From the human T2T-CHM13v2.0 reference genome, Homo sapiens, in NCBI RefSeq assembly GCF_009914755.1, contig NC_060930.1: 64,000 bases of DNA; one strand, written 5' to 3'. Below the pieces are notes generated by a model. The model made no database searches. It was not told the origin of the DNA and saw nothing but the letters and a program-made list of their open reading frames with translations. The number at the start of each line of letters is the position of its first letter. The first letter of the stretch is position 1. Below are positions 45,297-61,689 of the stretch, in pieces. The position numbers and the translations under genes were made by a program.

Positions 45297-45783
45297 TTCT
45301 ACTGTAAAGATATATGCACATGTATGTTTATTGCAACACTGTTCACAATAGTAAAGACTTGGAACCAACCCAAATGCCCATCAATGATAGACTGGATAAA
45401 GAAAATGTGACACATTTACACCATGGAATACTATGCAGCCATAAAAAAGAATGAGTTCATGTCCTTTGCAGGGACATGGATGAAGCTGGAAACCATCATT
45501 CTCAGCAAACTAACACAGGAACAGAAAACCAAATATCACATGTTCTCACTCATAAGTGAGAGTTGAACAATGAGAACACATGGACACAGGGAGGGGAACA
45601 TCACACACCAGGGCCTGTTAGGGGTTGGGGGGCCCAGGGGAGAGATAGCATTAGGAGAAATACGTAATGTAAATGACAGGTTGATGGGTGCAGCAAACCA
45701 CCATGGCATGTGTATACCTATGTAACAAACCTGCACGTCCTACACATGTATCCCAGAACTTAAAGTATAATTTAAAAAAAAAA
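45297..45783 (+). mobile_element. 5'-truncated L1PA 3' end
   Basis: gacttggaaccaacccaaatg...cccagaacttaaagtataa plus A-tail; aaaaatcaaaacaa TSD. Confidence 0.92.
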
Positions 45784-46073
45784 TCAAAACAATATAGAAG
45801 TGTTAACAAACACACACCCACCTCCAAGATAACTACAGTTGTTAACCTCTTGTTGTGTGTTCTTCCAGACCTTTTCCTATGTATGGATGGAGCTGCATAC
45901 ATTGTTTTTCTTTACTGGGTTCAGAAAAATGAAATCAAGCTACTCATACTTTTCTGTATTTTGCTTGTGTTCATTTAAAAATATCATATAGCAAGCTTTC
46001 AAAGCCTGAACATATAGATCCACTTCATTATTTTCAGCAATTCCATTATTTCTATAACAAGACTTAACTATAG

Positions 46074-46419
<346 letters not shown>

Positions 46420-46909
46420 TAAGTTGCCTACAGTTTTTAGCTGTTATAAGTAACATTGCAGTGAATATCCTTGTACATATTTTCTTGTGCACTTGTTAAA
46501 ATATGTATTTCTCTGAAAGAGTCCTAGAAGTGAAATTACTAATCCTGAAAGCATGCCAAATAGGTACTACTGAATTATAATCCAAAAATGTTTATACCAG
46601 TTTGTACTCCAGCCATGAAATGTGTGGATGCACTTTTCCTCACCTCCTTAGCAAAACCTGTGTATGGATGAAGTCTAGTGTATTTCACCTGTCTAGCAGA
46701 TAAACCATGGTTTGTGTTTCAGTTTTTGTTTCCACTTTCTGGTCAGTGATATTACGTATCTTTTCTCATCTGTATTATCATTTTCTTTTGTGGTCTGCTG
46801 GTTTAATCATTTACCTATTTTTTCTAATGGATTATTGACCTGTCTTGTTTTGTAAGAGCTTTTTGTATATTAGATAAATTTATCCTTCATCTGCTATGTG
46901 TTAAAAATA

Positions 46910-46989
46910 TTAGGTTGAATCATATAAATTGTTAATACTCAACCTTTTTTTTACCGCCCAACATGGGAATTTTATGTAGTCCAACCTAA
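46910..46989. mobile_element. MADE2-like mariner MITE (80 bp)
   Basis: Terminal inverted repeats ttaggttg...caacctaa flanked by TA. Confidence 0.75.
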
Positions 46990-47292
46990 TATTTTCCCCA
47001 GACCATTATTTATCTCTTAACTTTGCTACTTGTGTCTCTTTATGTAGAACTTAGTAATTTTTATACAGTCAGATCTGTCCATTCAACAAGTATTTATTAA
47101 GCTGTTACTATGTGCCAGGAGATAGACATGGGCCTGCCCTTGTGGCAACTCCTGTCTGGTAGGGAGGCTCACAAACAAGTCACCAGATAATTGCAAACTG
47201 TGATGAAGCCTCTGAGGGAAGCAGCTTCTCCTTTAGGGTTTTTGGATTTGGTATCTTGCTTAGGAACTCTTTCCTTCCCCACCTCAAGATTA

Positions 47293-47600
<308 letters not shown>

Positions 47601-47914
47601 GATTACAAAATTACTCTCCCGTGTTTTCTTCTAATACTCTTGTGGCTTTAACATTTAACTTTTTAAATTCCATTACTAATTTATTTTCTTGTATGATGAG
47701 AACTGAGATTTATAGTTACTATTCCAGTTGCATAGCTAATTATTTCGACACCATTTATAAATAATACACCATCTTTTCACCGATGTGAAATCTCTCTTCA
47801 TAATATTACGTAATTTTAATTACATGGTTCTGCTGCTTTGTTGGTTTGATTTTATTTGTCTCCATTTCTATCCAGTACCACACAGCTTAGATTTTTTGAG
47901 TTTATAAAGTTGTT

Positions 47915-48235
<321 letters not shown>

Positions 48236-48369
48236 TATTATTTTTTATTAGTGGCTTTTTAAAAAAAATTCCCCCCACCCAGGGCCAGTCTCTTTCATTA
48301 TCCTTTAAAAAAATACTGTCTTGGTTGTTCTTCCAGATGAACTTATTTTTCAATTTTGTTTATTTTTTA

Positions 48370-49220
48370 TCTTTTTCTCATAGTGATAAGAGCACTTAAC
48401 ATGAGGTCTACCCTCTTAACAAATTTTGAGGTGCACAATACAGTATCGTAAGCTGTGGGCACATGGTTGTACAGCAGATCTCTAGAACATATTCATCTTG
48501 CCTACAGTTGTCAAATTTGTACCCTCTGAACGTCAACCCTCTGTTTCCCCTTCCCCCTATCCCCTGGCAGCCACTACTCTGTCTGTTTCTATGTTTGTGA
48601 CTATTTTAGATACCTCATGTAAGTGGATTCATATAGCATGTGTCCTTTTGTAAACCAACTTTTACTTTGCATAATGTCTTCCAGGTTCATCTGGTTGAAC
48701 TTGAGAATCAACTTTTGTCAAATGTAGGAGTGGGGAACCTTTTATTAATACAATTTTTATTGGAGTTGCAATAAATTTATAAATTACAATTTTTGTGGGT
48801 TTTTTGGTAACAGCTTTATTGGGATGTACTTCGTGTGCCAGACAATTTACTCATTTAAAGGGTACAGTGAATAATTTTTAGTATATTTACAGAGTTGTAT
48901 GTCACCACAATCAATTTTAAAACATTTTATCACCCCAGAAAGAACACTCGTACTCTTTAGCCATCACCCCTAAGCCTCCCATCCCGTGTATCCCTGGGCA
49001 ACCACTAATCTTCTGTATCTAGGGATTTCCCTATCCTGGACATTTTATATAAATGGAACCACACAGTATGGAGTCTTTTGTGTCTGGCTTCTTTTACTTA
49101 GCGTAATGTCTTCAAGATTCATTCATGTTGTAGCACGTGTCAGTACTTCATTCTTTTCTATGGCCAAATATTCTATTATATGGATGTACTACATCTTATT
49201 TACCTGTCAGTTGCTGGATA
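48370..49220 (-). mobile_element. L1M 3' fragments
   Basis: acttaacatgaggtctaccctcttaac...; cagctttattgggatgtac... Confidence 0.7.
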
Positions 49221-52200
49221 TAAATTAAATTCCAAAGAAATACAGACTTCTCCCCACCCTCACACCTTTCTTGAACAGAGATAGATACAACATTGTGGCC
49301 AGCAAGCATCATTTTTTTGTCTGGGCAATGATGCTTCTCTTCTCTACTTCTCTCATGTTGGCGTATCTGGATGAGGCAGCTGCTGTCAAAGGTTTTTTGC
49401 TATGGCCCTCCTGGTGTGACTCTCCCTACTGTAGGAAGCCTCAAGTATCTTTCTCATGGAACAGGCCAGCAGTTGCCCTCATTATCCTGGGTAGGTCTCT
49501 CCAGGCATCCTTACCCCACTGCCCCATCTCACTGAATCATAGCATAGGGGATCTGCCCTAGTGGAGCCGTGGGGTCCACATGCCACTGGGACATTATTTG
49601 GCTTCTCTCATATCTCTTCCCCTACCTATTCTCTACCACCTCTATCACTTTTAAAAATTAGTACCTGAGCCTGCTTCATGCTTTATGTTATGTTTGTTGT
49701 AAAGTAGTTGGAAACAGTGAGTTCCAGTGATTCCCCTGTGAGTTGATAGAGAAGTTGTCTATAGCTCTAGCCTTGCCCCCAAGCAGCTTCTTTATCTGCT
49801 GAAGCCAGCTGCTCCTGTAAAAGTGGGTCCTCTGCAGATAAGCCAGCTGTGTCTGGGTCTAGTGGTGACAGTGCTGCAGGTGGGGAGGTCACCCCTGGGG
49901 AGATAAAGTCTCTGGAATCTTATCTCTGAGACTGTGGTATAATTCTAAACTCTTTCCTCCAAGAGCTTTTAGGCTTAGGCAATATTAGTCTAGCTCTGAA
50001 CTACTGAGGTCCAATATAATTGACCATGCAGCCATCATCAAAATAAACTGCTTAACAGGAACAACAGAAGTGATTCATATAAGGAAGTCATGGAGAAGAG
50101 CAGGACTTATGATGTTTCCTATTTTCAAAAGAAGAGTGGTGTCTGATGATATTTTTAGGTACAAAATGCAACACCAATTATCAAGTAACCTTTTCTCTTT
50201 TCCTTTGCATAAAACAGCACAGTAGGATTTTCACCGTAGATTTTACCTGGAAGCATGACAGCAGTGGAACTCTCGGAAAGGAAGTCCTCCGCAGACCTCT
50301 GACTTGTGTCCGGTTCCCTACATGGCATTTCCACCTGATTATGTCATAGATGATCACTTAGGATTAGCTAGGCTGCACATAACAGGGAACCCAAGTAACA
50401 GTTCCTTAAGTAAGATAGAAAAGCTTATTTCTCTCACATTAAAAGTCCAGAGGTGAGTGATCTGGGGCTTATCTGCTGCTCCAAAATATCAGAGATCCAG
50501 GTTGCTCTCTCTCATTCTGCAGTCTTCAGCATGTGGTTTCTTTCTCATGATCCAAGAGCTGTTTGTGCTCCAGCCATCACATCAATATTCCAGCCAGTAT
50601 GGAGAAGGAAAGGAAGCAAGGCATACTTCTTCTGTTTAAGAACATTTCTGAAAGCTGTGCATGACTCTGGGGCTTGATTCTCTTTTGTTTGAACTTAATC
50701 TCGTGGGCACACCTAGCAGCAAGTGAGGCTGAGAAACAGTCTGTCTTAGGTGGCCAATACACTTAGGGGTCCTGTCACCAAGGAGGAAGAAGGGAACAGT
50801 TATTTTTAGGCAATCTTTGCTATTCTTAGGCTCCTCAGACTCGGTGTTTGGCTCTTCTCCTTCCCTTACCCAGGCACCCTTTTCTCTTAGTTGGCAGTAT
50901 TTCCTGTCACTTAAGTCAGAAATGCTAAGAATTGTTCATGATTCTGTTTCCTTACTCTTCCATATCCAATCATTTACAAAGCTCTGGTGATTTTACGTCC
51001 TAAATGTTTCTTAATCTGCTTCTTCTTCATTCTCACTATGCACGCCCTAGGTCAGGCCTGGATTGCTGAACCAGCCAAGCATGTTTTCTCACCCCCGGTT
51101 TTATCTCCTTCAAACCCATCTTGCACACCATTCAAACAGAGACTCGCCCACAGAACTCCTCTGACAAAAATCCTTCCTTAGCATTCCATCACCTATAGGT
51201 TAAATGTCCAGGTTTTCTAACTTGGCATGTAAAGGCCCTGTGACCTGCTCCCTGCTTCGCCCCTTAAACTCAACAATCCAAAATGGACATTGTAAATGTA
51301 AAGCCTTGTCCTGCACCACCTCTTTATCTCCTGAGCTAATCTTTGTGCACCCTTTAAGACTCCCCTTCCTCCTAGAAGCCTTCCCTGGGGTCCCCCTGAC
51401 CCCCGGCATCTAATAGTGCTATTTCTGTCACTCTGTAGATTTCTCCTGTGGCACTTTACCTCGCTAGTTGTTTGTGTTTCCCTCCTACTCTCTGCCACCA
51501 GACTTTCTGATTCTTTGAGGCCAAAGAGTATTTTAAACATCTTCATATCCCCAGTACCTTCATTTTGGTGTCCAAAATAGGCATTCCACACATGTCCAGA
51601 TGAATGAGAGAATGAAAATTCCATAACTGCAGAATACTCAGAAATTAGTACAGCTTCACTAGGCTTGGCCACTGGAGGGCAGTGAGTTACACTTTTCTGA
51701 TACTGTGCTGAATTAGCCGAAAGTTCTCTCTCCCCTAAGGGATGGAGGTGGAGCACCACCACTTAGTCAACAAGTCTTTGATGAGCACCCACATGTGCAG
51801 GGCACTGCTCTAGGCACTGGGGTTTATGACCATAAACGAAGTAGACAAAAACCCTGCCTTCTACTTCTAGGTATTTATTCAAGGAAAATGAAGGCTTATA
51901 GCCCCAAAAGACATGCACAAACATATTCACAGCAACTTTATACAGACATAAAATGAAACAACCCTAATATCAGCTAATATGAGAACAGATATCCATACCA
52001 CAGAGCAGTACTCAGCAATAAATGAGAACGTACTATTAGTAGTACAGCAACATGGAAGAGTCTCAGAAACCATGAAACAGAATGAAAGAAGCCAGATACC
52101 AAAAAATATATATATTGTATGATTCACATTATATGGAGTTAAAAATAGGTAAAGCTTATCTATGGCGATAGAAATGAGAGCAAAGTTTACCTATGGTGGG

Positions 52201-53079
52201 AGGTGGGCTGAGAATGAGCATAAGGAAACATTTCCGGGGTGATGGAAATATTCTCTATTTGGATGGGGGCATTTTTTTTTTAAACCATAGACATAAACAT
52301 GTGTCAAGACTCATAGAACTGTGCACATATGTGCAGTTTACTATGCGTAATTCTACTTTTTTAAAAAAATCGCTTTCTTAGTTTAATTTCTGGTGGGCAG
52401 AAACAGACAATCAACTGAAAAAACAGATATTTGTAGGATTGAGATAAGTGCTATGGATAGAAACAAAGCAAGAAAGAGGGACAGGGATGTGCCATGCTGG
52501 CAAGTGTGGGAGCAGGAGGCAGGTTTTAAACCGGGTGGTGAGCCGCCTTCACACTGAGGAGATGACATTTGAGCAGAGCCCTGAAGGAGGTAAGGGAGGG
52601 AGCTGTGCAGTTAATTTTTGATAGTCAACACTCACATTTTCAAAGAAAAGGTAGTGTGGATCCTGTTGTCTTGTCTTGCTCCTGGGCTGTTGTGGATTGT
52701 GCTCGCCCCCCACGCTCAGTCCTGGGAGGCGGCATCCTCCATCTTACATCTGACTCTTTGCATCAGCTTTGCCCAGTCTGTTCCTCCCTGTCTGGCTAGG
52801 CCAAAGATGAAACTGGACAAACTTTATTATTGTCTCAAGAGGCCATTCCTTTTCTGCTTTTTAAAATGTGAACTTCATATTAAATCATACATTTAGAAAA
52901 GTGCATCTGTCATACATGCACAGTTCGATGAATTTCCCCAAAATAACCAGCACCCACAGCAAGACGTGGAACGTTTCTAGGACTTCAGAAGTCCCTTTGT
53001 GTTCCCTCCTAGTCCCTACCCCGTCCTCTCCTCCCCTGCCCCTACAAGGGTAACTACTTTACTGATTTCTAACACCTAG

Positions 53080-53395
<316 letters not shown>

Positions 53396-54857
53396 AGTTT
53401 TGCCTATTTCTAAGCTTTATCTAATTTGAATCATATAGTAAGAATTTTCCACTTTAATGTTGTTAGTTTGGAGGGAATTGGTGGGGAGTGGGCTTGATGC
53501 TGAGTTTTTAGCAGCCACCCTATTTGGGACTCAAGCTGCCTCCTGGCCCCATCTTCGTAGATGAAGCAGCCTCCCATGTGATAGGCAGCTGAGAAATATT
53601 GAGGCTCTTGCCAGCAGTGTGTGGAGATAGCCCAGTCAGGATGCTGAGCTGCTTTCAGTGACACTTGAAGACAGTGTGTGCGTTTGGTGGGACAGTGGTG
53701 CGTCCAGTGCTGGATTTCCTGTCATTGCAGGAGGTGAGCTCTCCAAGGGCAAGTTGTGGCTTGTCATTTCTGAGACTATAAGACCTAGCCTAGTCCTCTA
53801 CCCTGGCAGTGAGCTGAGCAGGATGTGCACATTTGCTCTCTGTCCCTCATCTGACCCCAGGGATAAGTGAGAAATCGTAACAGAGGAGATGTTGAGGTAG
53901 CCAACATATTCAAGATATTTGAGCCTACATGAGTAGCCTCTGTGAACAGCTGACACTGGCAGTGGGGACCCTGAGCCTCCCAGAGCCTGTTCACATCCAC
54001 AGCGTCTTAGTAACATGCTGCCCATCTCTGTGAGTGGTCTTTGGGCAGGTCCTAGAAGATTAAGTATGTGCTGGACCTTGCCTTTCCTTTGCCTCCTCTT
54101 CCTTTACTCCATAACCCAAATACTCAGAGTTTGGGCTCATATAATCTGGGATCCTATAGCCAATGTCAGGAGGCTGACTTAACCAGCAGCAACTAATGTT
54201 TGCTAAATAAAAGTAAAAGTAATACAGCAACCTAAGGAAAATAGTGAAAACTTGGTGGTATGTTGGTTTTTAAAATTAATTTTAACCAGGGCATCATGAT
54301 ACATGTATACCCATGCTATCCTATACTGAGCAGCCAGAGTTCATGTATTATTCTGAGTTAATAGTCACCACCCTGATTGACAGGCACAGTGTCAGAATGC
54401 TGTATGGTCAGCTAAGCAGCATCTTCAAAATAGCACATCTCCTCTGACAGTCAGAAAAACATGGGCCTTGTGAAACAGAACCACCTCCCAGTGGGTCTCT
54501 TCTCTGTGGGAATCTCGAAATAAGTCTTTCCTCCAACCATCTCATTGGAGTGGCCATCTCTCTCAGAGACCAGCTCCCCCTGTCTTTGTCAGGTGGTTTG
54601 GCTTTCCCAGGTTTAGCGAGGGGCCTCTCCACCCTCTCTACACTTACAGGTTTGCAGTGCTATTATTGTCTCAGCTGCTGCCATCAGGTACTTTCCTGAA
54701 AATGCCAGATGCATAACACCCAACAATACGTTTATATATAGCGCTTGAACCAGTTCAAAATTATTACATAGAAGTGATAAGATGAATTCTTGACAGTTTT
54801 CTTAAAACTGCTTTTTTCTGAATGAAATATTTGTTGCTGTTTTAAGAGGTTCTTTAG

Positions 54858-55229
<372 letters not shown>

Positions 55230-56404
55230 TGTTATCAGAAAATATTACGCAAGGTATTCTTATGAGTCCGGTTCAACAACAACAACAACAAGGACCCGAA
55301 TCAGGTAAACCAGAGGCTTTGGAAAATAGAAAGGCCATCTGCAGCTGAGGCGTTGGAGCCTCTTGGTCCGGCCGGTCAGGTTGAATCATGCTGGCCCACC
55401 AGATCACATCTAGAAATTGTCCTGAGATCACAGATGGTTCCTGGGAAATGCCTAGAGCAGTGAATAGACAAGTTACTCTTGTTGGTGTTGGTAAAACCAG
55501 TTCTTCCTAAAACTGTCAGGGAATTTTTGAGGCATATATTAAGCTGATTTTTTAGGACTGGGGCTCAGAGTTCTTGGAAAAATAAACAGTTGACTGGAGC
55601 CATCACTCAAGTACATTTCATCAGTTAATAAATGGGCATGTTCTTTGTAAGGCCCAGAGTGGCCAATTTGATTTTTATAAAGAGCTTTTGAGCTTCCTCC
55701 TTGTGGATGCCTTGCCTTTTAAAATAGCCATAAAATATCCCTTAAAATCTTGTTTCCTCCCATCTGAGTCCTGCTGCTGTATGCTCTTGTCATGACAACC
55801 AGAGACGCTGCCCTCACTCGAGACTGCACTGCTGGCATGGTTTCCCATTTCAGCTTCAATTATGTGTTGAATTTCCTCAAGTGGACGCTTAATGATCCTT
55901 CTGAACAGATTGTTTATGCTGAATGAAGCCCTTCAGAGAGCATTTGCTCCTCCCTTTCTCCACTGCTTTTTGCTGGTGCACTCAGCTCACAGTTTTTGAC
56001 TAAATGTTTGAATTTTATCCACCCAGCAGGCAGAAAAATAGAACTAAACCCTCCCTCCCACTCTCTGAAGTGCTGGGGAACTATCTCACTGGCTGTGAAA
56101 ACAAAGGGCTAATGGGCAAACAACAGCCCCCATTTCAGGGCCCCAAAATAGGGTTCAGCACCTTGTCTGTTGTTCCCTTTGCTCCCTAGATGGCTAACAG
56201 TTTGGAGTGGGTACAGTTACCGAGCATGGCACCTTACCAACTTATGACCTCATGTTGTTAGTCAGGTTTTCCTCCTTAAGACGAAAGACAGAAGTAGAGA
56301 ACTTTTAAAATTGACTTATTTTTAAGGTATATTTTGGGATGGCAGGTATATCAGTTAGGATTAAGTTTGGCTGTGAATAATAGAGATCCAGAATTTCAGT
56401 GCTG

Positions 56405-56537
56405 GCTGGGCATGGAGGCTCACACCTGTAATCTCAGCACTTTGGGAGGCCAAGGTGGGAGTTCACTTAAGCCCAGGAGTTCAAGACCAGCCTAGGCAAT
56501 ATAGTAAGATCCTGTCTCTTAAAAAAAAAAAAAAAAG
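56405..56537 (+). mobile_element. Alu monomer (FLAM-like)
   Basis: Left arm plus A-tail. Confidence 0.82.
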
Positions 56538-57494
56538 ACAGTGCCAGTGGCTTAAATAAGGTAGAAGTGTATTTATTCCTTTGGTAACAATAATAATTAT
56601 GCCAGCTAACTTTTATGTAATGCTTACTTTATGCCAGGCACTGTTGTTAGCACTTTTCATATATTAACTAACTTATTTAATCCATAAAATATCCTATGAC
56701 ACTAGTACTGATATTAACACTTTAACAGATGAGGAATTGAGACACAGAAAGTAAAGCCATTTGTGCAAAGTCACATAGCTACTGAATGACAGAGCCAGGA
56801 CTTGAGCTCTGCAGCCTGGCTTCAGAGTCTGCTCTTAGCCATGTGCTTGCTATTCTGTCTGACAAAAAAGCCACAGGTCACTAGGGCTGGTGTGACAGCG
56901 ATGCTCCTGTTGCCCTCAGGAACTGGGGCTCTTGCTCTCTTTTTACCCTGCCATGTGTGGTTTCCAATTATGCTTGTATTTGCATTGCAATGTTCTGGAA
57001 TCCTAAAATGCCCAAGTTGGAAAAGACCTTTCAATTTATTATGGAGCTCTGGATCTTCCTTTAGGAAATGTGTAGGAGGAGTTGGGGTGGTTTTAGTCTC
57101 CATCCTTCCCTGTGGGTTTCACTTTTTTCCAACGACCCTATTTTCATAAAGAGGGAGCTGCTGCCTAGGATGGATTAGAAGTCATGCTCATGAATAGGGA
57201 AAGGGCTCTCCTCCCTTGTGCACCGTTGTGAGGCTAGTCCTGGAGAAGAGTCTGCCTGAGCCTGTGACCCAGAGCAGTTCTCAAAGGAAACAGTTCCTTG
57301 GGGCATTGTTTATGGTCATGAGAGTTGGAGGCAACCTGGGTATATCCATCCCTGAGGAAATGGATAAAGTGTGATGGAGGCGCACCATGCAGCAATGAAC
57401 TAGAGGTATGTACAGGAACACAGACCTTAGAAATGTAACATGAAGCAAAAAGTCAAAGGAAGATCCTAAGCCGGGTTTTACAGCCCAATATCAT

Positions 57495-57925
57495 TTAACT
57501 AAATTAATTAATTATATAATATTAAAATATAATATAAAACATAATATAAAATATTAGGTAAAATAATTTAAACTGTTAATATATAAATATATATTATAAA
57601 ATATAAAATTATATTTACATAATTTTATTTTTATATAATGTATAATTATATTTAAATATATGTGAAATATAATTTTATATATAATTATATTTTAATATAG
57701 CTTTATATATGTAAGTATATCTATATAGATATACTTACATATATTTTAAAATATGTATGTATACTACCATATATAAGAAAACAAATATGTATATATACTT
57801 ACATATATAAAAAAACAAAAAAACCTACATAGTAAATGTTTAAGTTAGGATACAATAAAAGAATAAAAGGAATAATAGGAATAAAAGAAAAATAATAAAA
57901 AGAATAATAGGAATAAAAGAAAAAT
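57495..57925. repeat. Very AT-rich low-complexity tract with palindromes
   Basis: Almost pure A/T; perfect 40-bp palindrome at 57705-57744. Confidence 0.9.
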
Positions 57926-57948
57926 GATATTTCTTGGAAGAATTTTTA

Positions 57949-58290
<342 letters not shown>

Positions 58291-58963
58291 CTAGATTTTT
58301 AGTTTCTGCAAGCTTAGTGTTGTTTTACAAAGTCTTCTTTATTCTTTTTTGGTGATAAAAGGCAGATGTAGTCAATTGTGGCTCTTTTTTCCTAAAATAC
58401 TGTGCATATAAAATGACTATAAAAATTATGCTTATTATAGAAATTTTGAAAAGTCCAATAAAGCTTTAAGAAAATAAAATCCTTCATTCGTACCACCTGG
58501 GGAATAAATACTGTAAACCTTGAGATGTTTTGTCTTTCCTCTGTGCTTATATAAACACATAAATATTGTATGCACAGTAAGAAAGTATGCCATAAATAAT
58601 TTTTCCCCTCTTTTCTCCTTAATATTGTGGCATGCTTTTTTATGTCGTTACAAGTTCCTCATAAATTCCATCTAAGATAGCTATATTGTGCCTACTGTGT
58701 GCCAGGCACTATATTTAGCACTTTATATATATTAACTGCAGCTGGCCTTCAAGTTGGATTTTTTTTTTTTAGGTCATTCCTAGAGTCATGGCTTTTCTGA
58801 TAAAGCACCCCACCCTTCTCAAGAGGGGTTTTTTTTTTTTCAGCCTTGATGTTCATTTAAAAATGTCTCTTTAAACGGGTGAGAATCCGAGAGTTGTTAC
58901 ATGTTTTCTCAAGGAGGTTCAGATATAGGTCTTAGTAACAATGCTTAGAAATGAAAAGGCTGG

Positions 58964-59278
<315 letters not shown>

Positions 59279-60491
59279 CTAGATTCTGAATACATTTTGT
59301 CTAATGCCTGTGTCTCTGTAGCACAAGGGATTGCAGTGAACATCTGTTTCCAGAATAGGGGTTGTGGGTCTGAGGAGAAAAGCTGTCTGGTAGAGAACTC
59401 AAGGGCTTGATTGTTTCTGTGTGTGGCCTCTGACAGGCATACACAGGGGCCTTTCTTGTTGGGCAAACACAGCACTTCTTACTACTTCACCTCTCTGTGA
59501 CAGGAAGTGGGAGTTAAACATGGGCTAGGAAGGACACATCACATAGCCTTTTCCTTCTTCAGGTTTCTGGAAGGCTGCTTATGTTTTCCTCACTTGCATC
59601 TCAGACGAGACAGATTCTCACTCCTGTTACTCAGTGGGAGGTTTCCATGAGAAGCTAACAGATAGTCCTTTCCAAAGAGGTCTCGTGGCTAGATAAACTT
59701 GGGAAATGCTGGATAAACAAAGTTAAGCAGATTTACTTAATGCAGAATTTCTGTTAACTTCTCAAACCCTTTTGTGTGCTGTGATCTTTGCTAATCTCCA
59801 AGATGGGGATATCTAATGCAACATTTCTCAACCATATTTGTCTGTGGAACCCCCCCTTTTTTTTGAGTGTTCTGTAGGATTGATGTTTTGCAGAACCCAT
59901 CTTGAGAAATACCATCTTGTTGGAATTAAGTCCTAGAAGCACTCACAGGCTTGACTCATCTTCCTTTACATGCATACCTTCTCTTTTGAGTGGCAAGACT
60001 GTGGGTCTGCCTTATCAGAACTTGGGAATTCCATCTTTAAAATAAACTGTGGGGGCTTTCTGATCCTAGCTGTTCTCCCTATATATGAGTGTGAGTGTGC
60101 TAGACAGCTCACTGAGCTGAAATCAAAGAAATTTTCCAGGCCATCTTCAGGGATCTGAGTATAATTCATTGAACATGAGACCTGAAGTATCATTTTCTAA
60201 AACTGAACGAACAAATGCCAAGGAAGAGAAAGATATGTTGGACCTGATGGGACTAGCATGAGAAATGGCCTGTCCAGTGTTGTAGTGAGATCTTCAAGAA
60301 CAAATATGTTCTTGAAGGGACATATTTGCCCACCTGACACAGACAGTAGAGGGGCAGGCCCTTGTTTCTTAACATCAGGTTAGCCTGGTCCTCACTTGGC
60401 CTTAAAGACCCCATTGAAGACACTCGAATCTATCTTTCTCTCTCCATTTTTAGATAAGACCTCTGGACTTTCTTCACCTTTTGTTTTACAG

Positions 60492-60598
60492 AAGAGGATG
60501 TGGAGAACTTTGACGTGACCAACTTGTCTCAAGACATGCTGCGAAGCATTGAGGCTGACAGCTTTTGGTGCATGAGCAAGCTGCTGGATGGAATCCAG
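60492..60598 (+). CDS. TBC1D22B: TBC1D22B exon 9 (EEDVENFDVTNLSQDMLRSIEADSFWCMSKLLDGIQ)
   Basis: ttttacag acceptor, CAG|GTGAGC donor; E-x-D-x-FW TBC motif. Confidence 0.95.
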
Positions 60599-60780
60599 GT
60601 GAGCTGCTTCTGCCCTTGTGGGAACAAACGTCTAGGTCCAGGGGCTCCCAGCAGGGCTTTGGTTTCTTTCTTGCTCTTCTGTATCAGGCAGGACCACCCA
60701 CCCACCCACTATGGCTCCTCCTCCTTTTCATCCATCTCTATCCTTCTTCATTGGCTTTACAGCTTTCAAACAGCAATGGT

Positions 60781-61080
60781 GGGTCGGGCACGGTGGCTCA
60801 CGCCTGTAATCCCAACACTTTGGGAGGCCAAGACTGGAGGATCGCTTGAGCTCAGGAGTTCAAAACCAGCCTAGGCAACATAGAGAGACCCCTTCTCTAC
60901 AAAAAATTTTAAAATTAGCCAGGCGTGGTGGCGTGTGCCTATAGTACCAGGTCCTCAGTGGGCTAAGGTGGGAGGATCACTTGAGCCTAGGAGGTCAAAG
61001 CTGTAGTGAGCCATGATCACACCACTGCACTCCAGCCTGGGCGATAGAGTGAGACCCTATCTCAAAAAAAAAAAAACAAA
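60781..61080 (+). mobile_element. Alu (J-like) in intron 9
   Basis: aaacagcaatggtg/aaacagtgatggtg TSD. Confidence 0.9.
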
Positions 61081-61388
61081 ACAGTGATGGTGTAGTGTCC
61101 CTTGGAGTCTGCAGAAATCTCCGTGTTGCCTGGACTTCGTCTTTGGAGTAGACTGCTCCTTTCTGCTCTGTACCCCAAGCACATGGGTTTGCTTCCACAC
61201 TGCAGGGCTCCATTGGGCTTTCCCCCAACACTGTTGTTCTGTAGATTTCTTTGTTTCCCAGAACACTGTCACTGGCCATTGGTACTAGCTTTGGAAAATG
61301 GCCTGAACTTCTAAACGTGTTTCAGTGAATGTCAGGTGATAACACAAGTTAGAGTCCATGTTCATCCTGGGCTCTGTGTCATTTGCAG

Positions 61389-61464
61389 GATAACTACACC
61401 TTTGCACAACCAGGAATCCAGAAGAAGGTGAAGGCACTGGAAGAGCTTGTCAGCCGGATTGATG
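61389..61464 (+). CDS. TBC1D22B: TBC1D22B exon 10 (DNYTFAQPGIQKKVKALEELVSRID); gene continues past the window
   Basis: tttgcag acceptor, G|GTAGGT donor; frame continues from exon 9. Confidence 0.95.
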
Positions 61465-61689
61465 GTAGGTTCAGAGGGAGAAGAGTTCTCTAGCAATAGC
61501 AGAGTTGATTCTGTTATGAGGCGGTTGTGCTTGTGGGTCCTCTCCTCAGCTGTCTTCCTAGCCATGACCCTTTCCAGCGCACTGAGTGCTGCTGGCAGCA
61601 CCGGGATCCTTCCACATCTCAGCAGGAAGGCGAAGTGAGAACTGTGCTGTTATATCAAGTTCTTCTTTCCCCTTGGTTTCCTATCACCA

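Noticed and set aside
49303-49336. 10-bp stem aagcatcatt/aatgatgctt as a possible small RNA
   Set aside because: No snoRNA box set or extended miRNA-like stem; compatible with chance
51217-51762. 181-aa minus-strand ORF
   Set aside because: Overlaps an apparent L2 remnant, non-ATG start, no recognisable domain or splice context
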